Assembly: GCA_016223135.1 (NCBI GenBank)
Contig: JACRPQ010000005.1
Location: 176,873-240,872 of the forward strand
Source of the DNA: Chloroflexota bacterium
GTDB taxonomy: Bacteria; Chloroflexota; Anaerolineae; Anaerolineales; Villigracilaceae
Direction of reading: 5' to 3'
DNA: 64,000 bases
Shown piece by piece: positions 9,181 to 17,874 of the stretch. Below the pieces are notes generated by a model that saw nothing but the letters and a program-made list of their open reading frames with translations, searched no databases and was not told where the DNA came from. The translations under genes and the position numbers were made by a program. How positions within the stretch are numbered: position 1 is the stretch's first letter; each line of letters begins with the position of its first letter.

Positions 9181-11199
9181 CTATTGCGAAGGTCGCAAGG
9201 CAGGCTGCGGATTTTCCCGCGCGGTGGGAAAGAAGCGGCTGGGCAAAGGAAGGGGGGTGAAGGGACCTCCGCTTTGCAGTTCGGCGAAGGGGATATAGTA
9301 CAAAGCAATGTCACTGCGGTCAAAGCGCTGGTAGGCAAAGATGATGTAATTGCCATCCGGGCTGAAGCGCGCATCGCGGTAACAGCATTCGCCGTTGATG
9401 GGATTGAGTTTTGTAAATTCCCTGGTTTCGCTGTTATACAGGTAAAGATCGCCAAAACCGTCGTTGCGAATCGAATCGTTGAACAGGAAGAGACTTTTTC
9501 CGTTCCAGTGGAAACTGCCAAGGCGCTTGGTGCTGTTCTTGTCGAATGTGAGGCGCACACCGGGGATGGTGTCGAGGCGGGAAAGCGCCACGTTGGCGCA
9601 GTTGTTGAGGTCGGCGTTGAGGAGGAAGATTTGGTCTGAATTGACCAGACGCGTATCAATGACGTGAGCGGCAAACTGAACGGCGGCAGGATTTCCCCCC
9701 CAAAGCACATCGCGGAAGGGAAACTGGTTGTAGAAACAGTATCTTCCTTTGACTTTTGGAAACTCGAACCTGGATTTTATATCTTGCAGCGCATTCAGGT
9801 CGAAGGGAATGATATTCAGCGTGCGCTGAATGCTGATGGCGACAAATTCTCCATCGGGAGAGACGCTGAAACCTTCCAGTTCTTCGTTGGTATTGAAACA
9901 CACAATGGGGGTGGTTTCTTTGGTTTCAGCGTCCATCAAGTAGGCGCAGTTGCGGGAGATGTAACTCAGGCGATTGCGGTCAATCCATCGCAGGTTCGAC
10001 TTGGGCGAGTTTTCCGAGCGGATTTGAAGGAGATTGCTGCCGTCGGTGTTGACGAGGTAGATGTCATTGCCAGCGACGAGCGCAATTTGGTCGGCGCCGC
10101 CGGGCAGGGTGGCAGTCGGCTGAGGCGTAAGAGGAAGCGGCAGGGGAAGAGCAGTATCGGTGGGAGGGATGGCGGTAAAGGTTTCAGTGGAGGAAACTGC
10201 AGTGGAAGGAGGGAGCAGGCTGACGGTCGGGGTGGAGGCGACGGAGAGGAAGGGAACGCTTCCGCCCTGCGCCAGCATCCAGAAAAGAGCCAGCAAGAGG
10301 AGTACGCTGCCGGTCGTCCAGAGCAGGGTGGTGCGGATTGTCGCCCAGCTGCCGTAGCGGTCAAGGAAGGCGGAAGGGCGTTCTTCGCCGAAGGCGGCTT
10401 TGTTGAGGGCGCGCGCCAGATGCAAGGTGGAAACGTAGCGGTCTTGTTTGTTTTCTGCCAGACAGATGTTGAGGATTTCGCCCACTTCGGGAGGCAGGTC
10501 GGGGACTTCGTTCAAGATGTCGGGGACGGGCTGCGGGAAGGGGCGGCTTCGCAGGGGGGAGGTTTTGCTTTCGAGGCGCGATTTCTTTCTGCCCGTGAGC
10601 ATTTGGTAGAGGACGACGCCCAGGCTGTACACGTCGCTGCGTTCGTCCACCGTTTCGTTGTGGATTTGTTCGGGGCTCATATAGCCGGGCGTGCCTACCT
10701 GACCTTCGGCGGGGGAGGCGTCGGTGGCTGCCGGCTTGGCAATGCCGAAATCGGAGATGTAGGGGTTGCCGTCCAGATCGAAGAGGATGTTGTCGGGTTT
10801 GATGTCGCGGTGGATGATGTGCTGCTTGTGAGCGTGGTCGAGGGCGGAGGCGATGCGGTCAATGATACGGGCGGTCTCTTGCAGGGAGAGCCTGCCTTTG
10901 TTGGCAATCATTTGAGCAAGCGAACCGCCCGCCATGTAGCGCATCACAAAGTAGGGCTGACCGTCCTGTTCGCCCACGTCGTAGACCGGCACGATGGCAG
11001 GGTGTTCCAGCGAAGCGATCATTTTGAGTTCGCGTTTGAAGTGCGCCCGCTGGCTGATATCCGGCGTTTGCTCCACCGAAAGCACTTTGACCGCCACTTC
11101 GCGGTTGGCTTCGGTGTCGTAGGCGCGATAGACGACGGTGGATTGCCCGCGCCCGAGTTCCTCTTTGACTTGGTACCTGCCGATGGTTTCCGGTAACAT
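9181..11199 (-). CDS. Membrane Ser/Thr (Hanks-type) protein kinase with extracellular beta-propeller-like domain
   Basis: VAVKVL, HRDIKPDNIL, DFG, GTPGYMSPEQ; one TM helix; P/T linker; SPDG repeats. Start set at ATG 11199 by analogy with the paralog (MLPETIGRY vs MTPEKIGRY). Confidence 0.92.
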   Translation of the reverse strand: MLPETIGRYQVKEELGRGQSTVVYRAYDTEANREVAVKVLSVEQTPDISQRAHFKRELKMIASLEHPAIVPVYDVGEQDGQPYFVMRYMAGGSLAQMIANKGRLSLQETARIIDRIASALDHAHKQHIIHRDIKPDNILFDLDGNPYISDFGIAKPAATDASPAEGQVGTPGYMSPEQIHNETVDERSDVYSLGVVLYQMLTGRKKSRLESKTSPLRSRPFPQPVPDILNEVPDLPPEVGEILNICLAENKQDRYVSTLHLARALNKAAFGEERPSAFLDRYGSWATIRTTLLWTTGSVLLLLALFWMLAQGGSVPFLSVASTPTVSLLPPSTAVSSTETFTAIPPTDTALPLPLPLTPQPTATLPGGADQIALVAGNDIYLVNTDGSNLLQIRSENSPKSNLRWIDRNRLSYISRNCAYLMDAETKETTPIVCFNTNEELEGFSVSPDGEFVAISIQRTLNIIPFDLNALQDIKSRFEFPKVKGRYCFYNQFPFRDVLWGGNPAAVQFAAHVIDTRLVNSDQIFLLNADLNNCANVALSRLDTIPGVRLTFDKNSTKRLGSFHWNGKSLFLFNDSIRNDGFGDLYLYNSETREFTKLNPINGECCYRDARFSPDGNYIIFAYQRFDRSDIALYYIPFAELQSGGPFTPLPLPSRFFPTARENPQPALRPSQ

Positions 11200-11372
11200 T
11201 TTGCCCAAGTATAACGCAAGCAAGGCAGGGAAATGGGTGCGTTTTGCCGCACCCTTAAGTCCCAGATGAGAGCGTTCGGTATTCCGGTATAACCACAGAT
11301 AAAAGCGATGAAAGGGATTAGGGAAGCAACTGTCGTCATATTTTCCAGCCCAATATGAGAACAAATCCGTTT

Positions 11373-11620
11373 CTAGCGACCTGACAGTTTCAAACGGGAC
11401 GCTGAAAAACGCAGATAAACGCAGATAAAAACAACTTCTGGACTTACGCAAAATGGCTTTCTTGTCCGCTAATCTACGCCAATTTTCGCGAATTTTGAAC
11501 GAGTTAGCGCAGACCAGCCAAGCTTGGTGGATTAAATTCAGGTTTTGCGTAAGTCAAGAACTTAAATCAGCGTAAGTCAGCGTTCATCTGCGTCCTAAAG
11601 CAAAAGTGTCGGGTGGCTAG
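11373..11620. mobile_element. MITE family A, copy 1, interrupted by a second MITE
   Basis: TIRs CTAGCGACCTGACA / CTAGCCACCCGACA (12/14); exact 8-bp flanking duplication ATCCGTTT (11365-11372, 11621-11628); near-identical uninterrupted copy at 26009-26116. Confidence 0.85.
11438..11558. mobile_element. MITE family B (121 bp) nested in MITE A
   Basis: TIRs CTGGACTTACGCAAAA / CTTGACTTACGCAAAA (15/16); 5-bp duplication AACTT (11433-11437, 11559-11563); the empty site in copy 2 has a single AACTT. Confidence 0.85.
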
Positions 11621-11681
11621 ATCCGTTTTATCCCTTTCATCTGTGGTGAAAACGGGAATACCGAATCCTTTACCAAACAAC

Positions 11682-11710
11682 AAAAAAGCCCCGCTTGGCG
11701 GCGGGACTTT
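11682..11710 (-). terminator. Intrinsic terminator after folD
   Basis: Minus strand AAAGTCCCGCCGCCAAGCGGGGCTTTTTT. Confidence 0.65.
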
Positions 11711-11751
11711 CAACTTTGCTCAGGAAAGCATTTGGACGGGTTGGCTTTGAG

Positions 11752-12663
11752 TTACTTATCCTGAATTTCGGCGGCTCGCAGCGTGTTTGCCATGAGCATG
11801 GCAATCGTCATGGGACCGACGCCGCCGGGCACGGGAGTGATAAAGCCTGCGACTTCCTTTGCCTCTTCAAAATTCACATCGCCGACCAATTTTTGCTTCG
11901 GTTTGCCGGTCTTCTCGTTGATGACCGGGTTGCCGTTGGCATCCAGCACCGGCACGCCGTTGATGCCCACGTCAATGACCGCCGCGCCGGGTTTGATCCA
12001 GTCGCCGCGCACCATTTGGGCGCGACCGATTGCCGCGATGATGATATCCGCATTGCGCAGGACAGCAGGGATGTCTTTTGTCTTCGAGTGGACAACGGTA
12101 ACGGTAGCATTTTCCTTGATGAGCAGGAGAGCAGCGGGCATGCCCACAATGTTGGAGCGTCCCAGCACGACGGCGTTTGCTCCGGCAATCTGCACGCCGG
12201 CTTCCTTGAGCAGGTAAATACAGCCATACGGCGTACACGGCACGAACAGCGGCTCGCGTCCCTTTTGCGCCAAGCGCCCCAGATTGAGCGGGGAGAAACC
12301 ATCCACGTCCTTTTCGATGCTGATGAGCGAAAGCACGCGTTCTTCATCCAAATGAGCAGGCAGAGGCAGCTGCACGAGGATGCCATGAACCTTCGGATCG
12401 GCATTCAACTTGCGGATGAGGTCTTCCAGTTCCTCCTGCGAAACATCCGCAGGGAGCGGGTGATGAAAGGAGGTCATCCCCAGTTCAGCACATGCCTTTT
12501 GTTTCATGCTGACGTAGGTCGCCGAGTCGATGCGGTCGCCCACAAGCACGGTGGCGAGTCCCGGCTGGGGTTTTCCTTCCGCAATTCGTTTCGCCACCTT
12601 TTCCTTCACTTCATTGCGCACTTTTTGCGCGATGGCAGTTCCATCAATCAGTTGAGCAGTCAT
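11752..12663 (-). CDS. folD: Bifunctional methylene-THF dehydrogenase/cyclohydrolase
   Basis: YVSMKQKAC, GILVQLPLP, KDVDG, PCTP, GRSNIVG, ITPVPGGVGPMT. Confidence 0.97.
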   Translation of the reverse strand: MTAQLIDGTAIAQKVRNEVKEKVAKRIAEGKPQPGLATVLVGDRIDSATYVSMKQKACAELGMTSFHHPLPADVSQEELEDLIRKLNADPKVHGILVQLPLPAHLDEERVLSLISIEKDVDGFSPLNLGRLAQKGREPLFVPCTPYGCIYLLKEAGVQIAGANAVVLGRSNIVGMPAALLLIKENATVTVVHSKTKDIPAVLRNADIIIAAIGRAQMVRGDWIKPGAAVIDVGINGVPVLDANGNPVINEKTGKPKQKLVGDVNFEEAKEVAGFITPVPGGVGPMTIAMLMANTLRAAEIQDK

Positions 12664-12818
12664 GCCTGTTCTCCTTTTGAGGTGCGAGTGCGTCGCACTT
12701 CATAATATTGATTAATCCACATCAGTGAAATTTGTGTCAGACGTGAACACCTTATCGGGCGGGTGCGGCGCACCCTCCAAGATTGTACATCCCTGCTCCC
12801 GCCTCTACAAAGTGACAC

Positions 12819-14096
12819 TTATCCCCGATTCACAATTACGCCCTTCATCCTGCCGTTTTCGAAGCGTTCCAGCCTCACAAGGTCAATTTCGTTCCAGCGC
12901 GGCGAGGAGGCAAAAGCGGTCACCCGCAGATAGTTGCCCGTCAACCCTTCCATCTTCCAGCCCCACTCACCGAACTCCGATGCAGTCTCCCATAGGACTG
13001 TCATTTCTTTGCCGATGAATCTCTCGCGGTAGGACTTTGCCGACTCTTCGATTGCCTCCTGCAGGATGTGATTCCGCTTCTTTCTTAACTCGGGCTTGAT
13101 CTGCCCCTTCATCCTTGCCGCCCCGGTGCCGGGTCGCGGCGAATACGAGAAGACATGCCCGCCGGCAAACTCCATCTCGCGGACAAAGTTCAGCGTCTCG
13201 GCAAATTCTTTTTCCGTTTCGCCGGGGAAGCCGGCGATGAGGTCGGTGGTAATCGCCACATCAGGGATTGCCTGACGGGCAAAGGTCACCAGTTCGCGGA
13301 AGGATTGCGGCGTGGTCTTGCGGAGCATCCGCTTGAGGGTGGAAGCGCTGCCGGATTGCAGAGGCAGGTGCAGGTGAGGCATGAGGCGGGCGTCTGCCCA
13401 GAGGGAGAAAAAGTCGGCGGAGAGGTCCCAGGGTTCGAGGGAGGAAAGCCGCAGGCGCGGCACGTCCGTCTCACGCAGAATGGCTTGGATGAGGTCGCTC
13501 AAGTGCAGACCAAAATCGCGCCCCCATGAGCCGAGGTGGACGCCGGTCAGGACGATTTCTTTCGCGCCGCCCTCGAGCGCGACTTGAACATCGAGGAGAA
13601 CATCGGCGAGGCGGCGGCTGCGCCCCTCGCCGCGCGCGATAGTGGTGACGCAAAAAGTGCAATGGTTGTCGCAGCCATCCTGCACTTTGAGGAAGGCGCG
13701 CGTGCGGCGGTGTAGACCGGGCAGAGGCTCGCGGGAAATGGGTTCAAGATCGAAGATTTCAGGGGTGAGGTTCAACAGGTCAGCGACGAGGCGGTCTTTG
13801 CGGTCGTTCAACACCACGCGGCGGACGTTGGGCAATTCTTCCGCTTGTTTGGGGTGGAGCGTTGTCCAACAGCCGGTGGCGATGATTTCCGCCGCGCCGG
13901 CGCGGGCAATGCGGCGGATGGCGCCGCGCGAATCGGCGGCGGCTTCGTTCGTCACTGCACAGGTGTTGACCACTGCCAAGTCGGCTGTTTCGGGCGAGGC
14001 AACGACTTCATGCCCTGCCGCACGGAACTGACGCGCCATGGTCTCGATTTCGCTTTGGTTGAGCCTGCACCCGACGGTATCGAGATAAACCTTCAT
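12819..14096 (-). CDS. mtaB: tRNA t6A methylthiotransferase (MiaB-like radical SAM)
   Basis: TVGCRLNQSE and VNTCAVT (UPF0004 domain), radical SAM motif CDNHCTFC, RLRLSSLEP, FSYSPRPGT. Confidence 0.85.
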   Translation of the reverse strand: MKVYLDTVGCRLNQSEIETMARQFRAAGHEVVASPETADLAVVNTCAVTNEAAADSRGAIRRIARAGAAEIIATGCWTTLHPKQAEELPNVRRVVLNDRKDRLVADLLNLTPEIFDLEPISREPLPGLHRRTRAFLKVQDGCDNHCTFCVTTIARGEGRSRRLADVLLDVQVALEGGAKEIVLTGVHLGSWGRDFGLHLSDLIQAILRETDVPRLRLSSLEPWDLSADFFSLWADARLMPHLHLPLQSGSASTLKRMLRKTTPQSFRELVTFARQAIPDVAITTDLIAGFPGETEKEFAETLNFVREMEFAGGHVFSYSPRPGTGAARMKGQIKPELRKKRNHILQEAIEESAKSYRERFIGKEMTVLWETASEFGEWGWKMEGLTGNYLRVTAFASSPRWNEIDLVRLERFENGRMKGVIVNRG

Positions 14097-14117
14097 AAGA
14101 CTTCAGACATTGGACAT

Positions 14118-14759
14118 TTATGGTTGAAGGACGACAAAATTCTGAAACAGCACATCCACACCGGGTTCTTCGAACGAGCCAGCCAGTACACCCACGCCGC
14201 CGCTGGCAAGGTCAGTGTCTTGTGTGGAAGCAACTTGCATTTCGTTCACATAAAAGGTAAGTGTTTCACCAATGCAATCTGCCCGCAGGTGATTGACTCC
14301 ATCGCTGTGAATGACATCGCTTGCCACCATCATCTCCTGCCCGATGAGGATGGCTTGCCCGCTGGTGAACTTGCCGATGGCATAATAGCCGTCGGAAGAG
14401 ATGACGAAGAAGTAGTAATTTCCGTTTTGGTAGCGGCAGATGAGCCCGGCGCGATTTTCCAACGGACCGTTCAGGCGGGTCACATCGGCTTCGATGCGGA
14501 CATCGCCAAAATTGCCCGGCGGCGTGGACCAGAAGTTCATCTTTGCGCCGCGCACCAGAATGCGGTAGCCGCCGCTGTCATAATCCATGATGCCGCCGTC
14601 GTTCAACACGCGGTCCCAGCCGGAGGTGTTGTCCGAAAAATCATCGCTGTACAACACTGCGCCCGGCGCGCCGCTCACTAGCGGCTCGGACGGCGTCACA
14701 GGCAGGCAGGCGGCAAGAATCAAGACGCTAAGGAGAGCCATCAGGCATGATTTTTTCAT
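14118..14759 (-). CDS. Lipoprotein with a DUF1080/LamG-like beta-sandwich domain
   Basis: Lipobox ILAAC; YSDDFSD start; LTFYVN...GGVGV C-terminal motif. Confidence 0.65.
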   Translation of the reverse strand: MKKSCLMALLSVLILAACLPVTPSEPLVSGAPGAVLYSDDFSDNTSGWDRVLNDGGIMDYDSGGYRILVRGAKMNFWSTPPGNFGDVRIEADVTRLNGPLENRAGLICRYQNGNYYFFVISSDGYYAIGKFTSGQAILIGQEMMVASDVIHSDGVNHLRADCIGETLTFYVNEMQVASTQDTDLASGGVGVLAGSFEEPGVDVLFQNFVVLQP

Positions 14760-14778
14760 GGGGGCGATTGTATCAGAG

Positions 14779-16161
14779 TTACGGAAAATACTGCGCCAGC
14801 AGCGCTTCTGCCTCGGCGCTGCCCAAGTCACGCGCTTGAATCAAATGCTCATACATTGCCTGATTATCCCCGGTCTGTAAATACAACAACGCCAGGTGAA
14901 AATGCGCCGCAGCCGATTGAGGATCCGCCTCCACCGCTTGAAGGAGATACCACTTCGCTTCGTAGTAGCGCTCATCCAAAATCATCAGCCAGCCGAGCGT
15001 ATCGAGCGCCAGCGGGTCTTTGGGCTTCAACTCCAGCGCCTTGCGTGCGGCGGGAATGCCCACATCCCGCACGTAGGCGCCGTTGCGGGCGCAAAACTCC
15101 GCCAGCAGATGCCAGTAATGGGCATCTCGGGGGGCGACGGTGGTCGCATATTGATATGCCTCGAGTGCGGTGTTGAGGTCGCCCAAATTGGCAAACTCTT
15201 CTCCAATCGAAACATACCAGGCAGGGTTTTGCGGCTCGAGTTTGGCGGCAGTTTGAAATTCGCTCAATGCCTGACGATGACTGCCAATGCGCTGGAAATA
15301 CAAGCCGCGCAGACCGCGCACCAGCGGCGAATTCGGATTGAGCGTCAGCGCCCGGTCGAGGTGAGAAAGCGTCTCGTTCCCCGCTGTGTGCTGCTCTGCC
15401 TCTCCCAGCCATGCCCACGCCTCGGCATTTTTCTCATCGAATTCCACCGCTTCGGCAAAAGCGGCGCGCGCCAGCGCCCACTCGTCCACCAGCGCCAGCC
15501 CGCGCCCGATGATGACCTTCCCATCCGACGGCGTCTCGCTCAACGCGGACAAATTGACAGCGGCGCGAAGAGTCTGGGCAGCCGGGTCAAATTGCGGGTC
15601 CAGTTGCGAAGCGTGGAGCAGTTCCGTCACGGCGCGGTCGGGAGCAGTCAGGGTCAGCAGAAGTCCCAGGCGGTAGCGGACGGAGGCATCATCCGAATGC
15701 ACTTCGACATATTGCTGAAGGAACTGTGCGGCTTTGGCATATTCGCCGTTCTGTTGATGGATTTCCGCCAGGCGTGAGTAAAGATTTTCGGAGTGTGCCG
15801 GCTGGTCGAGCGCCTGAGTCCAAATCTCCGCCGCGCGCTGGGCATTGCCGTTGAGGTACCACACGTCTCCCCAGGCTACCCATCCTTCAGGAGAAAGCGC
15901 CTCCCGCTCGAACGCCTGCTGATAGACCTGCTCCGCACGAGCATACTCGCCCGCGTGATAAAAATAGTGTCCCGCCAGTTCATAGAAGTCGGGTCGCCAG
16001 GGAATACGCTGCGCCGCTCTTTCGTAATGTTCTGCCGATTCCAAATGAGAAGACGTGCGGGCGGCTTTACCTGCCTCTATATAGCCCGATGTGATGAACG
16101 ATGCCCAAGCCATCAACGCCAGCAAGATTGGGAGCAGGATTACTTTAAGCCTTTTTGGCAT
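14779..16161 (-). CDS. Tetratricopeptide repeat protein with N-terminal membrane anchor
   Basis: Repeated TPR-like helices (e.g. ALTLNPNSPLV, AVEADPQSAAAHFHLA). Confidence 0.85.
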   Translation of the reverse strand: MPKRLKVILLPILLALMAWASFITSGYIEAGKAARTSSHLESAEHYERAAQRIPWRPDFYELAGHYFYHAGEYARAEQVYQQAFEREALSPEGWVAWGDVWYLNGNAQRAAEIWTQALDQPAHSENLYSRLAEIHQQNGEYAKAAQFLQQYVEVHSDDASVRYRLGLLLTLTAPDRAVTELLHASQLDPQFDPAAQTLRAAVNLSALSETPSDGKVIIGRGLALVDEWALARAAFAEAVEFDEKNAEAWAWLGEAEQHTAGNETLSHLDRALTLNPNSPLVRGLRGLYFQRIGSHRQALSEFQTAAKLEPQNPAWYVSIGEEFANLGDLNTALEAYQYATTVAPRDAHYWHLLAEFCARNGAYVRDVGIPAARKALELKPKDPLALDTLGWLMILDERYYEAKWYLLQAVEADPQSAAAHFHLALLYLQTGDNQAMYEHLIQARDLGSAEAEALLAQYFP

Positions 16162-16210
16162 GGTTCAATTATACGGCTCGGTTCGGGTATTAGAGGGAAT
16201 CATTGAGTTG

Positions 16211-16742
16211 TTATAAATAGATATATGGATTCGTAATAGCAGTAGGGACTGTGGAAACTGTGGACAATCCAATCAAGCCCGAAGATGTGGGGGGAGGCAC
16301 ACGATCTCATACTAAATGCAGGGCTGATTCTGCCAGAATGTTTTTTTCATGCTGTGAAAAGTTTCGGGATGGTTCATCCACAATTTACCCACAGAAAACG
16401 ATGAGTTATTCCACTTTCCATATTTTGACAGGAGTAAAAATCGCCCCCCATATATGGGGGTGCGTAAAGGGCGAGCAATTGCCCTATTTTTCCACTTGTC
16501 CACAGGGAATGGTGTTTATCCACAAATAGAGGCGGGTTATCCACAGGAAGGTTGTTTGGACAAACGTTTTTGCAAGGAGGAATCCCCCCAAATCTGGTCA
16601 TGATTCTGGTACTCAGGGGGGATGATTTTGGGATTGATTTTGCGTACTTTTTGGACTGTGGATAAGTTATCTGGTTCAATCCACAAAAATAGGCTCTGCC
16701 CTGCCTAGAATGGGGATTGGTTTTTCGAAAAAGACATCCACA
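16211..16742. promoter_or_regulatory. oriC: Chromosomal replication origin (oriC): DnaA-box cluster with DnaA-trios and AT-rich DUE
   Basis: Perfect TTATCCACA at 16516, 16537 and 16657 (minus). 1-2 mismatch boxes at 16250, 16259, 16353, 16374, 16385, 16496, 16677, 16734. TAA-TAG-CAG-TAG-GGAC next to tandem boxes; AT-rich 16211-16232. Confidence 0.88.
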
Positions 16743-17329
16743 AAGGCGGCGAAAGTGGCAAAATGTTCGCGCAAATTCCAGAACAGCAGTGATGTGCGGC
16801 GGTAGTTGATATTATTTGCTTCCACCCCCAATGCCCGAACGCCCAGCGCATTGCAAAGAAACAGCGCGCGAGGCAGGTGGAAGCGCTGCGTTACCAGCGT
16901 CGCACTTTTCAGCCCAAAGATGGCTTTTGCCCGGTAACAGGTATCGTAGGTGCGTTTGCCGGCATAGTCCAACACGATTGCCTCGTCCGGAACGCCCAGC
17001 GCAAGGGCATATTGACGCATGGCTTCGGGCTCGTTGTAATTGAGCGACGGGTTGTCGCCGCTCATCAACAGTTTTTCCACCTTGCCCCTGAAGTAGAGGT
17101 TCGCTCCGGTCTCTACGCGATCCCTCAGGACGGCGGTTGGGGTTCCATCTCGACGCAAACCTGCGCCAAAGATGATGGCAACTCGTTCGGATGGTGCATC
17201 TGCCGCGCTGTAGATTTTGTTCCAAGTTTGCAGGGTGGTGATGAGACGCGGCAGGAGCAGCCCCAGCGCCCCCAAAATGATCGCCCACAGAATGAGCCGC
17301 CTGACCCATTTGAGAATCCGTTTCAACAT
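16676..17329 (-). CDS. SanA/YdcF (DUF218) family protein
   Basis: IIFGAG, LRDR, LMSGDN, EPEAM, DYAGKRTYDTC, VTQRFHLPRA. Confidence 0.88.
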   Translation of the reverse strand: MLKRILKWVRRLILWAIILGALGLLLPRLITTLQTWNKIYSAADAPSERVAIIFGAGLRRDGTPTAVLRDRVETGANLYFRGKVEKLLMSGDNPSLNYNEPEAMRQYALALGVPDEAIVLDYAGKRTYDTCYRAKAIFGLKSATLVTQRFHLPRALFLCNALGVRALGVEANNINYRRTSLLFWNLREHFATFAAFVDVFFEKPIPILGRAEPIFVD

Positions 17330-17397
17330 GGCGGTGATTCTAATGAAAAATAATGAATGTTGTATGTGAATTTACTACCCCATTTCAAATCTTGACT

Positions 17398-17537
17398 GCT
17401 CTGTTGCAAACATGAGATAGGCATGGTAAATCGCTCTGTTGCAAGGATTTTTCCGAGCGTACTCGGCGGTCTCTACCGCCGGGTTTGCGCAAGAGAGCGC
17501 AAACTACGCAGATTTTTTTTGATGATTGCAACAGAGC
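17398..17537. mobile_element. MITE family C (140 bp)
   Basis: Perfect 12-bp TIRs GCTCTGTTGCAA / TTGCAACAGAGC; exact 11-bp duplication AAATCTTGACT (17387-17397, 17538-17548); extra internal TIR copy at 17433. Confidence 0.8.
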
Positions 17538-17668
17538 AAATCTTGACTATTAACAGGACTGTAATGAAACAGAACGGCTTTGATATTGTTAAATTTGATG
17601 GAATCAATAAAATATAAGTAACCAAGGACGGTCCTTGGAGAAAATTTTTTTAGAGAAAGGATTTCATT

Positions 17669-17821
17669 ATGTTATTCGCTCCCCAAGAAAAAGGACAGGG
17701 CCTCGTCGAGTATGCGATCATTCTCGCGCTCGTGGCAATCGTTGTGATTGCTGTCATGCGGTTGCTGGGTCCCAAGGTCGGCAACACCTTCACCAATATC
17801 AACGACCAACTGCCCACGTAG
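17669..17821 (+). CDS. Flp family type IVb pilin (50 aa, below the ORF-track cutoff)
   Basis: MLFAPQEKGQGLVEYAIILALVAIVVIAVMRLLGPKVGNTFTNINDQLPT: G|QGLVEY prepilin motif; RBS AAAGGA; followed by a terminator. Confidence 0.92.
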   Translation: MLFAPQEKGQGLVEYAIILALVAIVVIAVMRLLGPKVGNTFTNINDQLPT

Positions 17822-17840
17822 CGGGCAAAAAACATTGCAG

Positions 17841-17869
17841 AAAGCCCCGTCATGCGACGGGGCTTTTTT
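17841..17869. terminator. Intrinsic terminator after the flp pilin
   Basis: AAAGCCCCGTC-ATGC-GACGGGGCTTTTTT. Confidence 0.85.
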
Positions 17870-17874
17870 GTTGG

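Noticed and set aside
11373-11376. CTAG as an IS5-type 4-bp target duplication
   Set aside because: Both copies have 8-bp direct repeats outside the CTAG, so CTAG belongs to the TIR; no IS family is assigned.
11200-11451. 84-aa N-terminal extension of the kinase in the ORF track
   Set aside because: It runs through nested repeat DNA; the paralog starts at the equivalent of ATG 11199.
12664-12818. Possible THF or ZTP riboswitch upstream of folD
   Set aside because: I could not find the conserved cores by eye; an Rfam/Infernal scan would settle it.
16251-16679. Three short ORFs inside the DnaA-box region
   Set aside because: They have no motifs or RBS, and the region is explained as oriC.
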